Shown in pieces: positions 28,457 through 37,946 of a DNA stretch of 64,000 nt (within the stretch, counting starts at the first letter, position 1; each line of letters begins with the position of its first letter). The position numbers and the translations under genes are program-made. A model generated the notes under the pieces. That model ran no database searches, was not told the DNA's origin, and saw only the letters and a list, made by a program, of their open reading frames with translations. This DNA comes from a virus. The stretch lies in the IMG/VR virus record IMGVR_UViG_3300024274_000264. One strand, written 5' to 3'.

Positions 28457-29080
28457 AAGTCTTTTCAACATTAAAGATTCATAAACTTTTTTGAATTTTT
28501 TTGTTTCAGCAATGTGACGTTTTAACAAGTGCTGTAAGTCTGCCACTAAATCAGGGATAGAATCATAATCTTCGTATAGTCCATTAAATACGACTCCCGT
28601 TTCCCAACCATCTGACATTGGTCTCGCTAATATTTCTCCACTAGCATAAATCCCTATCCAAAATGACTCATTTGTTATTTCTGGTAGCGTTACAACAACT
28701 TCTGCTATGGTGTCTTCTTCTTCTTTGTAATTTGTAATATCTTCTACGTTATCTCCACCAAATTGATGAATTAATTCTTCGCCAAAGTTTTCGAGAAAAT
28801 CTTCAAATTCCATATTCATAGATTCATTAAGTTTAGAAAAAAATGAATTAATATCATTTCGTTTCGTTTTAATTTTTTCGGCTAACAGTTGATCTTGAGT
28901 TCCTGTTAGTCCTAATGATGAGACTGTCGCAGCTTCGTTCTTTTCTTTTTTGTTTTTATTGTAAATTGACCAAGCGATAGCAAACGGACGTTCAGAAGTC
29001 TCGCCATACTTCTTTTTTAAATTCAAAACCAGCTTTTCATATTTTTTGCCAGGAGGTGCTTTCTCGAAAAGTTTTTTCAT
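28445..29080 (-). CDS. Hypothetical protein, probably virion-associated
   Basis: MKKLFEKAPPG..PFAIAW start; TAGTTA upstream. Confidence 0.6.
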   Translation of the reverse strand: MKKLFEKAPPGKKYEKLVLNLKKKYGETSERPFAIAWSIYNKNKKEKNEAATVSSLGLTGTQDQLLAEKIKTKRNDINSFFSKLNESMNMEFEDFLENFGEELIHQFGGDNVEDITNYKEEEDTIAEVVVTLPEITNESFWIGIYASGEILARPMSDGWETGVVFNGLYEDYDSIPDLVADLQHLLKRHIAETKKFKKVYESLMLKRLSLI

Positions 29081-29151
29081 GTTTTTAACTACAAATATCA
29101 AAAAGAAATTGACAAAATATCAAAAAGATACAACTATGTAAGCTTACAATA

Positions 29152-31248
29152 ATGTTCGAATATGAGCTTTTATCTTTAGAAAAAGAAAAAAATGAAAAAC
29201 AATATCCAAATTTTGAAGAGTCATCCAAAGCAGATGACATTGAAAGAAAAAAAATATTTCAATATTCGACAGGTAAGAAATATAAACTTTCATTTAATGA
29301 AAATGAATTAAAATTTCCAACTAAAATAAATATCGGAAAAAATTTGGCAGAATTTACAAGTCCAGAACTGACTACATTTAGTTGTTCGTGTAAGGAATTT
29401 ACATTAGATGAATTAAATTACTGTGAGCACATAGCTGTTTTACAAAGATTGTTCAAGTATTATAATAAAGAACCATTTGTACAAGCATTAGTTAAACAAA
29501 ATAAAGTTCAAAAAGAAAAAACTAATATTAAAACATTCGTTCACTACGATTACTGCAAAGAACAGTTTGTTGTTTCTGGGAAAAATCATAAAGAAGAAAC
29601 GCTACTTTTGTTGAAAGATTTTTCAAAAGAACATAAAGAGCTTTTACTTGAAAATTTTGAATTGTTAGAAACACACATCACCCCAGTTGGAGTTTCTAAA
29701 CTAGAATCAGAATTAAAAATAGAAAAGCTGGATAAAATAAATCGATTTTATCATGAAAAAGAAAAACTTTCAAAGTCTAACTTAAGAGCCAAACTCGAAA
29801 ATCTAATTCCAAATATTTCTTTATTTGATTATCAAAAAGAAATATTTATTGATTGTTTTGCCGCGAAAAAATCAATTGTTGCATTGCCCGCAGGTGGCGG
29901 CAAAACACTAACTTCAATTTCTTTATTCAAATATATGCATGATTTAAATAATGAATTTACGATGTTTGTAATTGTTCCAAACACTCTTAAACAACAATGG
30001 GTTAGAGAAATTAAACGTTTTACAGGATTAGATGCTATTATTTTGGGCTCACAAAAAGAAATAAAAGCTTGGGATGGTAAACAAATAGCAATAATAAACT
30101 ATCATATGATGACAAGATATATTGATGATTTGGTCGGAGAAGGAAAAAAAACAAGAAGAATAGCGGATATGCTAATTGTTGATGAGTTGCAAACTGTAAA
30201 AAATAGCGAAACGAAAACATGGAAAGCTATTAAAAAATTAACTTCTGATTTTTTTCTTGGTCTTTCTGGTACAATTATTGAAAATAGATTAGATGATTTA
30301 TACAACACAATGCAAATTGTCGACGAGAATATTTTAGGTCCAAAATGGAAATTTGATAGAGATTTTCAAAGAGTAATCGCGGCAACGAAGCACAAAATAA
30401 CTTATAATGGAATCAAGAACATAAGTCTTTTACATAAAAAAATTCAACACTGTGTGTTTTCAATTTCCGAAGAAGAATTGAGAAAGAAATTGCCACCAAT
30501 AACAGAAAACACTGTTTATATAAAGCTTTCTCAAGAACAACAAGAAATAGAAAAAAACTATAGAGCAATGGCAGATAACTTACTAAAAAAAGGAATGCAA
30601 AAACCTCTAAGACCTCACGAACAGATTCTTTTAAATGCTTATCTATTAAAAGCAAGACAGGCATGTACCGCATCAGAGTTGTTGGATAAAACTCAAAAAA
30701 ATTATTTCGAACCTAAGATAGAAGAAGTAAAAAAACTAATAGAAAAACATTGCGTTCAAAACAACGAAAAATTAGTTCTGTTTTCAGAGTGGACTGAAAT
30801 GCTTTCAATCATCGAAAGAATGATTAAATCCGAGTTCAAAGCAATAAATCATGTTATATATTCTGGTGATGTTCCAACAAAACAACGTCCTAAGCTTGTT
30901 GAACAGTTTAAAACAGATCCAGACACAAAAATATTTCTTTCATCTGACGCGGGCGGAACTGGTCTGGATGGGTTGCAATTGGTAAGTAATGTAGTGATTC
31001 ATACAGAAATACCGTGGAATCCAGCTAAAATAGATCAACGGAACGCCAGATTACATAGAACACTGCAAACAAAGCCAGTTTTTTGTTATTATATAGTTGC
31101 CGATTCGGGTACAGAATTTAAAATGCAGGATAAGATAATGCAAAAAAGAGAAATTAGAAAACTTGCTTTAAACATTGATCGTTCAGGAGAGCAAACAGTA
31201 ATGAAAATCTCAGAGTTGAAAGATATACTAGAGGAAAACAATGAATAG
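29152..31248 (+). CDS. SWIM zinc finger + SNF2-family helicase
   Basis: CSC..CEH; AGGGKT, DELQ, LSGT, LFSEW, DAGGTGL, PWNPA..QRNAR. Confidence 0.92.
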   Translation: MFEYELLSLEKEKNEKQYPNFEESSKADDIERKKIFQYSTGKKYKLSFNENELKFPTKINIGKNLAEFTSPELTTFSCSCKEFTLDELNYCEHIAVLQRLFKYYNKEPFVQALVKQNKVQKEKTNIKTFVHYDYCKEQFVVSGKNHKEETLLLLKDFSKEHKELLLENFELLETHITPVGVSKLESELKIEKLDKINRFYHEKEKLSKSNLRAKLENLIPNISLFDYQKEIFIDCFAAKKSIVALPAGGGKTLTSISLFKYMHDLNNEFTMFVIVPNTLKQQWVREIKRFTGLDAIILGSQKEIKAWDGKQIAIINYHMMTRYIDDLVGEGKKTRRIADMLIVDELQTVKNSETKTWKAIKKLTSDFFLGLSGTIIENRLDDLYNTMQIVDENILGPKWKFDRDFQRVIAATKHKITYNGIKNISLLHKKIQHCVFSISEEELRKKLPPITENTVYIKLSQEQQEIEKNYRAMADNLLKKGMQKPLRPHEQILLNAYLLKARQACTASELLDKTQKNYFEPKIEEVKKLIEKHCVQNNEKLVLFSEWTEMLSIIERMIKSEFKAINHVIYSGDVPTKQRPKLVEQFKTDPDTKIFLSSDAGGTGLDGLQLVSNVVIHTEIPWNPAKIDQRNARLHRTLQTKPVFCYYIVADSGTEFKMQDKIMQKREIRKLALNIDRSGEQTVMKISELKDILEENNE

Positions 31249-31735
31249 AGTTTCAAACAAACCACTTAGTTTTAAACAAATAAAAGGAAAAGTTGGTAAA
31301 AAAATAGATACAACAAATTTTAAACTTTCGGACTATCAAGGAAAAATAGATTTAATGAAAGAAGTTTGCAAAAACTATAAAGGAATAGGTTTGGCTTCTG
31401 TTCAAATTGGACTAGAAGAACATCTTTTTATTGCTAAAAGAGAAAAAGATAAAGAATTTGAGGTTTTTTTCAACGCCGAGATTGTTTCGACTTCTAATCA
31501 ACAAATTATTATAACTGAGGGCTGTTTGTCCATACCCAAAACATTTCTTCCTGTTAAAAGATATTCGAAAATAGATATTAGATATTTTAATGGCGAAAAA
31601 GAAATTGTAGAAGAATTAGACGAAGATTTTTCTATTATAGTTCAACACGAACTTTCTCATCTGGAAGGAAAAACTTTGTTTGATTTAACAACAATTAACA
31701 GAGAAGAAAAAAGAGCAATTTTAAAAAGATTATAG
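31241..31735 (+). CDS. def: Peptide deformylase
   Basis: GIGLASVQIG, EGCLS, QHELSHLEG. Confidence 0.93.
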   Translation: MNRVSNKPLSFKQIKGKVGKKIDTTNFKLSDYQGKIDLMKEVCKNYKGIGLASVQIGLEEHLFIAKREKDKEFEVFFNAEIVSTSNQQIIITEGCLSIPKTFLPVKRYSKIDIRYFNGEKEIVEELDEDFSIIVQHELSHLEGKTLFDLTTINREEKRAILKRL

Positions 31736-31757
31736 TCTAATATTTGTTAGAGCAATC

Positions 31758-32258
31758 ATGAATTTGTTTAATTTAATTTTTGAATCTCTTTCTCCTAATT
31801 TTCAATTACTCAATATTGAAAATTCTAGTCAGGATGATTTCGAAATTGAACTTCCAAATGGAGAAGAGGTTCTTTCATCTGAGCTACAAGAACAGTTGGA
31901 AATAATCTTCAAAAATTCTGGCGTGCATATTATGAGTGTTGAAAACCCATATGAAGTTATAATTGATAAGAACGGTACTGTGCTTGGTGGGTCTGTTATA
32001 TCTTATGATGTACCTAGTGATGAAGATTATGACGACGGAATAAATAAAATAACATTTAGTATCGCTGTGGACGACACAGCTAGGGGCAAAGGAATCGCCG
32101 CAAAACTTGTGCAAAGTTTAATTTCCAAGAAAAAAAGAAGAAGAACAATTTTAAGAGCTCAAGTCATTAATCCAATTATGGAAAAAATTTTAATAAAATT
32201 TGGATTTCAAAAAGTAAGTGAGTCAGATTCTGTAAATGGTTTAGTTTATGAACTTTAA
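31758..32258 (+). CDS. GNAT acetyltransferase with LIFES leader
   Basis: IAVDDTARGKGIAAKL, KFGF. Confidence 0.85.
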   Translation: MNLFNLIFESLSPNFQLLNIENSSQDDFEIELPNGEEVLSSELQEQLEIIFKNSGVHIMSVENPYEVIIDKNGTVLGGSVISYDVPSDEDYDDGINKITFSIAVDDTARGKGIAAKLVQSLISKKKRRRTILRAQVINPIMEKILIKFGFQKVSESDSVNGLVYEL

Positions 32259-32680
32259 AATATTTTAATTTGTTTAAAGTTTTCAAGTTCTTCTTTGGAA
32301 TATTTGTTGAAAACTATTTTTAATTGATTTTCTTCTTTTAAAACTTTAAGTGATCCTAAATTAAAAGTTTGATCTATTTTCAAATCATGTTTAATATCAC
32401 TAGATAAAAATTTAATTGTCAATTTATAATCAATTAAATTTAAAAAAATATCAAAAAATTTCTTGGATTGGTTTTCTTCTTTTGGAATGGTTGCTTCAAA
32501 TGAGTACGTGTTTGATTTTTCACTGAATTTAAATGTTTCGCCATTGGATAAAAAAATATTTAAAGTATTTGTTGTATATGAAAAATTTGGAATGGATTCA
32601 TCATAGTGAAGATAAGGAATTATATTAGAAGTAAGTATTGCTGTACTATATTCATCGTTATTAATCATTAAGTTTGCCAT
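32255..32680 (-). CDS. Hypothetical protein
   Basis: 141-aa ORF only. Confidence 0.55.
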   Translation of the reverse strand: MANLMINNDEYSTAILTSNIIPYLHYDESIPNFSYTTNTLNIFLSNGETFKFSEKSNTYSFEATIPKEENQSKKFFDIFLNLIDYKLTIKFLSSDIKHDLKIDQTFNLGSLKVLKEENQLKIVFNKYSKEELENFKQIKIF

Positions 32681-32726
32681 GCTGATATTGTAAGATTGTA
32701 TTATCGAAATTGCTATTTAACAAAAA

Positions 32727-33419
32727 ATGAACATTGAAGAACTTAATAAAAAAAATTCTGAATTATTCTTTAACAAATATGTTAATCCTAAGTTAAAAAC
32801 TCCTATTAGGTTAGTCGAAAAAGAATCGAGCAAACTAATGAATTTTATTGGTTGGTTTCTTTCTGTTACAAACATAAATAAAAGATTTATGACAAGTTAC
32901 ATCACAACAATTGGATCAACCATTTATTGTCCTAAAAATTTATTTTCCGAAATAAAGCCAAGAACATTTATCGAAACAATGATGCATGAGTCAGTTCATG
33001 CACTGGATAACCAAAACTACAATATTCTTTTCCAGGTAACTTATTTGCCAGAATTATATTTTGGAATTTTATTCCTTTGTTTATCCATTTTATTTATTGC
33101 GCTGAAAGCTTATGCAATTTTTATTGTTATGTTTGTTTTGTTTTTAGTTGCAATTCTGCCAATACCAAAATTTGGCAGATACCACTGGGAAATGCGCGCA
33201 TATGCGACAAGTTTAATAGTTGCAAACATATTTAATTTTGATGAGGATTATAAATCTAGTATTAAAACTTGGATAACTCCTCAATTAAGGGATTCCGCTT
33301 ATTATTTTGCAATGCCCTTTGACTATTTTTATTCTAATGAAAAATTTGAAAATTATGTAAAACAATATCCAATCAAAGAAGAAGTCGAAGCATTTTTTAA
33401 AAACGATTTCCTAACTTAA
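32727..33419 (+). CDS. Membrane HExxH metallopeptidase-like protein
   Basis: TTIG..IY, HESVH, two TM helices, EMRAY. Confidence 0.7.
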   Translation: MNIEELNKKNSELFFNKYVNPKLKTPIRLVEKESSKLMNFIGWFLSVTNINKRFMTSYITTIGSTIYCPKNLFSEIKPRTFIETMMHESVHALDNQNYNILFQVTYLPELYFGILFLCLSILFIALKAYAIFIVMFVLFLVAILPIPKFGRYHWEMRAYATSLIVANIFNFDEDYKSSIKTWITPQLRDSAYYFAMPFDYFYSNEKFENYVKQYPIKEEVEAFFKNDFLT

Positions 33420-33577
33420 TCTTTAAGAAAAGTTTTTTCTTGGGAATGGAAACTCGATGTTTCCTTAACCGTTTTGAGTTTCTTTATTTCTTTTTCAAGT
33501 TTTGCGACTCTTTCTTCCATATCTTCAAAAGCAGCCATCAATTCATTAAATTTTTGTTCTAAACTATCTTTATCCAT
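33416..33577 (-). CDS. Small coiled-coil protein (53 aa, not in ORF track)
   Basis: Own translation MDKDSLEQKFNELMAAFEDMEERVAKLEKEIKKLK..; divergent from 33594 around TAATTA. Confidence 0.6.
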   Translation of the reverse strand: MDKDSLEQKFNELMAAFEDMEERVAKLEKEIKKLKTVKETSSFHSQEKTFLKD

Positions 33578-33582
33578 GTTAT

Positions 33583-33588
33583 TAATTA
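33583..33588. promoter_or_regulatory. Palindromic TAATTA putative bidirectional late promoter
   Basis: Centred 5 nt from each of the divergent ATGs 33577 and 33594. Confidence 0.5.
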
Positions 33589-33593
33589 TTAAT

Positions 33594-34103
33594 ATGAATA
33601 ATAAGTATAGCGTTTATAAAATGCTAATAAAATCCTTAAAAGAAGAAAAGAAAGTTGAAGAACCACCTTCAGAAGCAAGCGCGCCCATCGAAAATGAAAA
33701 TCCTGAACAAACTAGTTCTGGGTTTGGTGGAGATATTTCTTCTGAACCAGAATCGCCTGATCAATTAGATGTTTCGACTCCAACATCTTCTCCTTCGAAA
33801 GAATCCAGCGATGTAGCAAATCCAGAACAAGACAAGGAAAAAAAAGAAAACGAAACAAAAGAACAGTCTAGCGAAGAGAAAGATCCTATTGATTCTAGTT
33901 TTGAAAATTTTAAATTATTAACTCAAAGTTCTGAAGATAGCTATGATTTTTTAAAATTTTTAAAAGCTGAAATGCTAGAGTTGAAACAAGATGATTTTGC
34001 TAAACTCCTAAATAAAATAGTCAAAGATAAAGAACTTAAAACAAAAAGATCTGTTATAGATTCATTACTAAAGTTAAAAACCTTTTTGCTACTTAATTAT
34101 TAA
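33594..34103 (+). CDS. Acidic low-complexity hypothetical protein
   Basis: ATG 33594 preferred over TTG 33474; E/P/S-rich. Confidence 0.65.
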   Translation: MNNKYSVYKMLIKSLKEEKKVEEPPSEASAPIENENPEQTSSGFGGDISSEPESPDQLDVSTPTSSPSKESSDVANPEQDKEKKENETKEQSSEEKDPIDSSFENFKLLTQSSEDSYDFLKFLKAEMLELKQDDFAKLLNKIVKDKELKTKRSVIDSLLKLKTFLLLNY

Positions 34104-34110
34104 AAGAAAA

Positions 34111-34527
34111 ATGGCATACGTATTTGAAGAAAAAGAATTTAGAATTGCTGTCAAAAAGCTTTTGGAGAAAAAGTTAAAAGAAGAGCATGTTGTTTCTGTT
34201 GGAGATAAAACACTTTTACCAGCAACCGCAACACTTTCTGACGAAGAATCGACACCAGAAACTATCGATCAGTCTACAGTAAGCGCGACAAATTCTGGTC
34301 GCGATATTAACGCTGAGCGTCGACTTCGGGTTGACGCTCAAGGCGCGGCGCTTGATTTCGAATCAACTATTATCGATGTTTTAGGTTTAGAAGATGTAAA
34401 ATCATTACCAGATAACCTACAAGAAGAATATGCCAAAGTGATGGACTCTATGTCGCTTGGAATTCAAAAAAGTGTTCAAGATGCGATTTCAAGTTTGAAA
34501 TCATTTCCAAGAAAAAGCGAAAAATAA
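34111..34527 (+). CDS. Hypothetical protein, probably virion-associated
   Basis: 138-aa ORF; TAATTA upstream. Confidence 0.65.
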   Translation: MAYVFEEKEFRIAVKKLLEKKLKEEHVVSVGDKTLLPATATLSDEESTPETIDQSTVSATNSGRDINAERRLRVDAQGAALDFESTIIDVLGLEDVKSLPDNLQEEYAKVMDSMSLGIQKSVQDAISSLKSFPRKSEK

Positions 34528-34530
34528 ACA

Positions 34531-35325
34531 ATGAAACTTTTCAATTTCCTCTTCGAATCAAATGATCTTTTAACGAAAATAAAAGGAATTTCTACATTCC
34601 AAAATTTTCCAATTGAAAGACGTGCAGAAATAATTTATAGATTTTGTAAAGAACATCTAACAATGTTAGGTGAAGGTTCTAATAGATCTGTTTTTGATTT
34701 AGGAAATGGAAAAGCTATAAAGGTCTCATATTCGGAATCTGCGACTTACGATATCGAAAGTTCAATAAGTCAAACCAAAGCAGAAAGCAAAATGTGTAAA
34801 ATTGCGCAAAAGGCGCAACTTATACCAGAAATATACGATGTTGGAAGTGAATATTTATATCTTATAGTTGAAAAAGTTGAAAACTTAGACGAATCAAACA
34901 AAGACAAAATTTCTTCTTATTTCAAGTTTGGTTCTTTTGAAGAGTTTGTAAAAGCATTACGAATAATTTCTACAAACGAAAAAGCAACTTCAAAGGATGA
35001 AATAGAAGAGATTAAAGCTCATAGAGATTTTTTAATTGCCGTGACCGTAATGAAAGATTGTGGATATGCAATTTCTGATATGGTAAATCCCCATAATTGG
35101 GGACTTGATCCACAAGGAAGACCAGTAATGCTTGATACTGGTTTAACAACTGAAAACAAAAGTTCGATCATTTCTAAACAAAGAGAAAAGATTGAGGCGT
35201 ATAATAAAAATACCCCTTCTCAAGATTCAACACAAAAAATTCAAGCTACTCAAAAGCTACAGGCAACTAAAAAAAATATTCCAAGTAACTTTCAAGATTC
35301 GACACAAAAATTAAAAACAGGTTAA
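34531..35325 (+). CDS. Protein kinase-like protein with FLFES leader; paralog of 26844..27557
   Basis: LGEGSNRSVFDLGNGKAIK, IPEIYDVG, SDMVNPHNWG, MLDTG; C-terminal QDSTQK/QATQK repeats. Confidence 0.8.
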   Translation: MKLFNFLFESNDLLTKIKGISTFQNFPIERRAEIIYRFCKEHLTMLGEGSNRSVFDLGNGKAIKVSYSESATYDIESSISQTKAESKMCKIAQKAQLIPEIYDVGSEYLYLIVEKVENLDESNKDKISSYFKFGSFEEFVKALRIISTNEKATSKDEIEEIKAHRDFLIAVTVMKDCGYAISDMVNPHNWGLDPQGRPVMLDTGLTTENKSSIISKQREKIEAYNKNTPSQDSTQKIQATQKLQATKKNIPSNFQDSTQKLKTG

Positions 35326-35367
35326 CAATCAGAAAACTTAAAAATAATATTAGTGATATATAATATT

Positions 35368-36228
35368 ATGTCTGATAAAAACAAAGAACTTTTTAATGAA
35401 GCTCAAAATTTAGATGCGCAAGCTCCTTTACCAACTACAAAATTAATTGAATTAACAAGAGATGTTGTTGAGGTTCCACTGCCATCGAAAGGTTTAACTT
35501 ATGGACCGTCACATCCACTTCACGGAAAAGATGTGACTTCAATTCTTGAACTTACTCCACTCGAAGAATCTGTAATGTATGATAAAAAAAGAATAAGAGA
35601 TGGAACAGTAATTGATGATTTGGTACAAGCTTGTTTGTATGATAAAACGCTTAATGTTCAGACACTTTTATCTGGGGATCGAGATATTCTTTTCGCGCTA
35701 ATTCGAGCCGAAGGATTCGACGAAAATTATAGTTTTGATATCAAATGTCCGAAATGTGAAGTTACACAAGAAATAAAATACAATATTTATAAAAATTTAA
35801 GATTTAAAGAATTAGATCTTAAAGAAGTTCAACAAGTAGAACCTTATTCAAATAGATTTTTATTTAAAGCTCCTAAAAGCGGTCTTGAGATCGAATATAA
35901 GTATTTAACTGTTGGAGAATCGAAAAAAGCGGCTGCGGAAAAAAAGGAAAGACAAAAACTTCAAATTGATCCAAAATTTGAAGTTGCGCACGAACTAAGT
36001 AATTTAATAATTTCTATTAATGGTTTCAAAGGAAAAAAAGAAATTTTGGATACACTTTGTAAATTACCAGGAAAAGATAGCACTGCATTCAGAAGACATA
36101 TTATGAAAACAGAACCAGGACTTGATACAAGTTTTGATTTTAAGTGTAAGGAACGAGACTGTGAACATACAGAAAAACTTGATATCGTAATTGCTGAATC
36201 ATTTTTTTTTCCACATCTCGCCAAATGA
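35368..36228 (+). CDS. T4 gp26-like baseplate hub/tail assembly chaperone
   Basis: VPLPSKG..Y, LLSGDRDIL..IR, CPKC, second Cys pair, FFFP end. Confidence 0.75.
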   Translation: MSDKNKELFNEAQNLDAQAPLPTTKLIELTRDVVEVPLPSKGLTYGPSHPLHGKDVTSILELTPLEESVMYDKKRIRDGTVIDDLVQACLYDKTLNVQTLLSGDRDILFALIRAEGFDENYSFDIKCPKCEVTQEIKYNIYKNLRFKELDLKEVQQVEPYSNRFLFKAPKSGLEIEYKYLTVGESKKAAAEKKERQKLQIDPKFEVAHELSNLIISINGFKGKKEILDTLCKLPGKDSTAFRRHIMKTEPGLDTSFDFKCKERDCEHTEKLDIVIAESFFFPHLAK

Positions 36229-36535
36229 TTTAGAGGACGAACAAAAGCTTTTAGAACTTTTCGGCAAAATGCAAGAAGTTAGAAAGAAAAGAATTCTTGA
36301 GCCAATGGAACTTTTCTTGTATTATCTTGGAGTATCTAAATCTGAATTTTATTTATACACAAGAAAAGAAATAGAATATCATCTGGAAAAACTTAATGAA
36401 AGAATCCAGCAACGTAACGCTGTAAATATGCCAAGTGGAAAAGATGTGGTTTCGGCAAATGATCCAATTGTTCAACAATTAATGCCAAATCCTTCTGGTA
36501 GACCGCATACAACATCCAGACTTAACCGAAGCTAA
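36191..36535 (+). CDS. gp51-like/chaperone extension ORF, possibly reached by frameshift
   Basis: Overlaps the gp26-like gene across a T9 run; no ATG before 36269. Confidence 0.55.
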   Translation: MLNHFFFHISPNDLEDEQKLLELFGKMQEVRKKRILEPMELFLYYLGVSKSEFYLYTRKEIEYHLEKLNERIQQRNAVNMPSGKDVVSANDPIVQQLMPNPSGRPHTTSRLNRS

Positions 36536-36588
36536 TCTGTTAGTTTTCCTATTGTGAATTTCTTATTTGTGCTTTATTTATCCCAGAG

Positions 36589-37167
36589 ATGTCAACAAGC
36601 GAGCACCAAAACCCAAAATTCTTTATTTACAGTGGTCCAATGTATAGCGGAAAAAGCACTGCTCTTTACAACACCTATAAAGAAACGTTGGAAAAAAGCA
36701 AAACTTTACAGGCGATCAAACCAAATATTGATAAAAGATATTCAGACAAGTCAATTTTAACACACTCAAAAAAAGAAATCCCAAAAGAATTTGTTGTGAA
36801 TTTATCGCTAAATCTCCCACAAGAAGAATGGAAAAATATAAATTTTGGTGCAGACGTTATCTTAATTGATGAAATTCAATTTTTTGGAACTGAAATTGTG
36901 GATTTTGTAAAAAGATTGTTGAACATCGGAAAAGAAATACATGCTGCGGGGCTTGATATGGATTCAAAGGGCGACCCGTTTGGAAAAATGCCGCAATTAA
37001 TGTCTATGGCAAATAAAGTAATTAAATTTGAAGGCGTGTGTAAAAAATGTGGATTGTTAAATGCAACAAGAACTTATCGTAAACGTGAAATAGAGAATAA
37101 AGATCAGGTTTTAATAGGTGGAGAAGACATTTACGAATGCAGATGTTATAATTGTTGGAAACTATGA
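36589..37167 (+). CDS. tdk: Thymidine kinase
   Basis: GPMYSGKST, KP.IDKRY, IDEIQFF, AGLDMD..PFG, CxxC, IGG..YE.RC..C. Confidence 0.95.
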   Translation: MSTSEHQNPKFFIYSGPMYSGKSTALYNTYKETLEKSKTLQAIKPNIDKRYSDKSILTHSKKEIPKEFVVNLSLNLPQEEWKNINFGADVILIDEIQFFGTEIVDFVKRLLNIGKEIHAAGLDMDSKGDPFGKMPQLMSMANKVIKFEGVCKKCGLLNATRTYRKREIENKDQVLIGGEDIYECRCYNCWKL

Positions 37168-37364
37168 CAAAAAAAGTTTTTGACAGAAAAGAAATTTCAG
37201 AATCAGAAATTCCAATGATTTCTATCAGATGGCTACTTGATGAAACCACACAAAAAAAATCTGTTGTAATTGATTACTATTATCAAGTGGAAGAAGAAAA
37301 ATTTACATCTATTTCTTTTGAGTGGCAAAAAGATGAAATTGAAGAACTTTTATCCAAACTTTAA
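37152..37364 (+). CDS. Hypothetical protein
   Basis: 70-aa ORF coupled to tdk. Confidence 0.5.
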   Translation: MLETMTKKVFDRKEISESEIPMISIRWLLDETTQKKSVVIDYYYQVEEEKFTSISFEWQKDEIEELLSKL

Positions 37365-37365
37365 A

Positions 37366-37677
37366 TTATTCTTTTGAAACTTTTTCTTTTGGCTGCTTAT
37401 TGAGTTTTTCTATTTCTTTTCGTAAGCCAGATATTTCTTTTTCGAATTCAGCATAAGTGCAAAGTTTTTTATTTTCTTCTTTGAGACTTGCTATCTCTTT
37501 TTCAAATTTTGAAAATAAACTAGCTAAATCTTTACCCGATAATACAATTTTGTCTGCCTCGATTTCTAATTTAGAATCTTCGGGAGAAGATAATTGAGAA
37601 TCTAGACCTTTTCTTGAAAGTTTTGTTTTCATTTTTGTTTCGTTAAATAGGAAGTCTAATACTATATTTCTTTTCAA
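37366..37677 (-). CDS. Hypothetical coiled-coil protein
   Basis: LDFLFNE leader; duplicated FEKEI.xL. Confidence 0.6.
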   Translation of the reverse strand: MKRNIVLDFLFNETKMKTKLSRKGLDSQLSSPEDSKLEIEADKIVLSGKDLASLFSKFEKEIASLKEENKKLCTYAEFEKEISGLRKEIEKLNKQPKEKVSKE

Positions 37678-37915
37678 ACTCAGCCAAAGCTTCTTGTTTT
37701 TTATTCATTTTTTCAATTAATGCTTGAACTGTTGTTTGATTGCCTTTTTTAGTTTCGTCATAAGCTTCTTTAACAGCAGAAACAACTTTCATAAAGTCTT
37801 CAGTTTGTTCTTTGGTTCCTTGCAATTTCCAATTAAAAGCTGCTCCATTAATTATTGAAGCTAAAAGTGATGTAAAAAATAATTTACCAATTGGTGTAAT
37901 TTGTTCTGATTCCAT
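37643..37915 (-). CDS. Hypothetical protein
   Basis: 90-aa ORF divergent from the tape measure gene. Confidence 0.65.
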   Translation of the reverse strand: MESEQITPIGKLFFTSLLASIINGAAFNWKLQGTKEQTEDFMKVVSAVKEAYDETKKGNQTTVQALIEKMNKKQEALAEFEKKYSIRLPI

Positions 37916-37924
37916 AATACTGCT

Positions 37925-37937
37925 TAATTATTAATTA
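37925..37937. promoter_or_regulatory. Tandem TAATTA motifs, putative divergent late promoters
   Basis: TAATTA-T-TAATTA, each 9 nt from a divergent ATG (37915, 37947). Confidence 0.55.
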
Positions 37938-37946
37938 GAAAATTAA

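Noticed and set aside
29109-29140. TTGACA sigma70 promoter before the SNF2 gene
   Set aside because: No convincing -10 element at 16-18 nt spacing
33474-33593. N-terminal extension of ORF 33474..34103
   Set aside because: Better explained as the antisense of the 53-aa minus-strand gene; ATG 33594 follows TAATTA
34290-34355. Local GC-rich patch
   Set aside because: Largely explained by Arg/Ala/Gly codons
35215-35320. Short direct repeats as CRISPR or DGR repeats
   Set aside because: In-frame peptide repeats (QDSTQK/QATQK) in a kinase tail; no spacers, cas genes or reverse transcriptase
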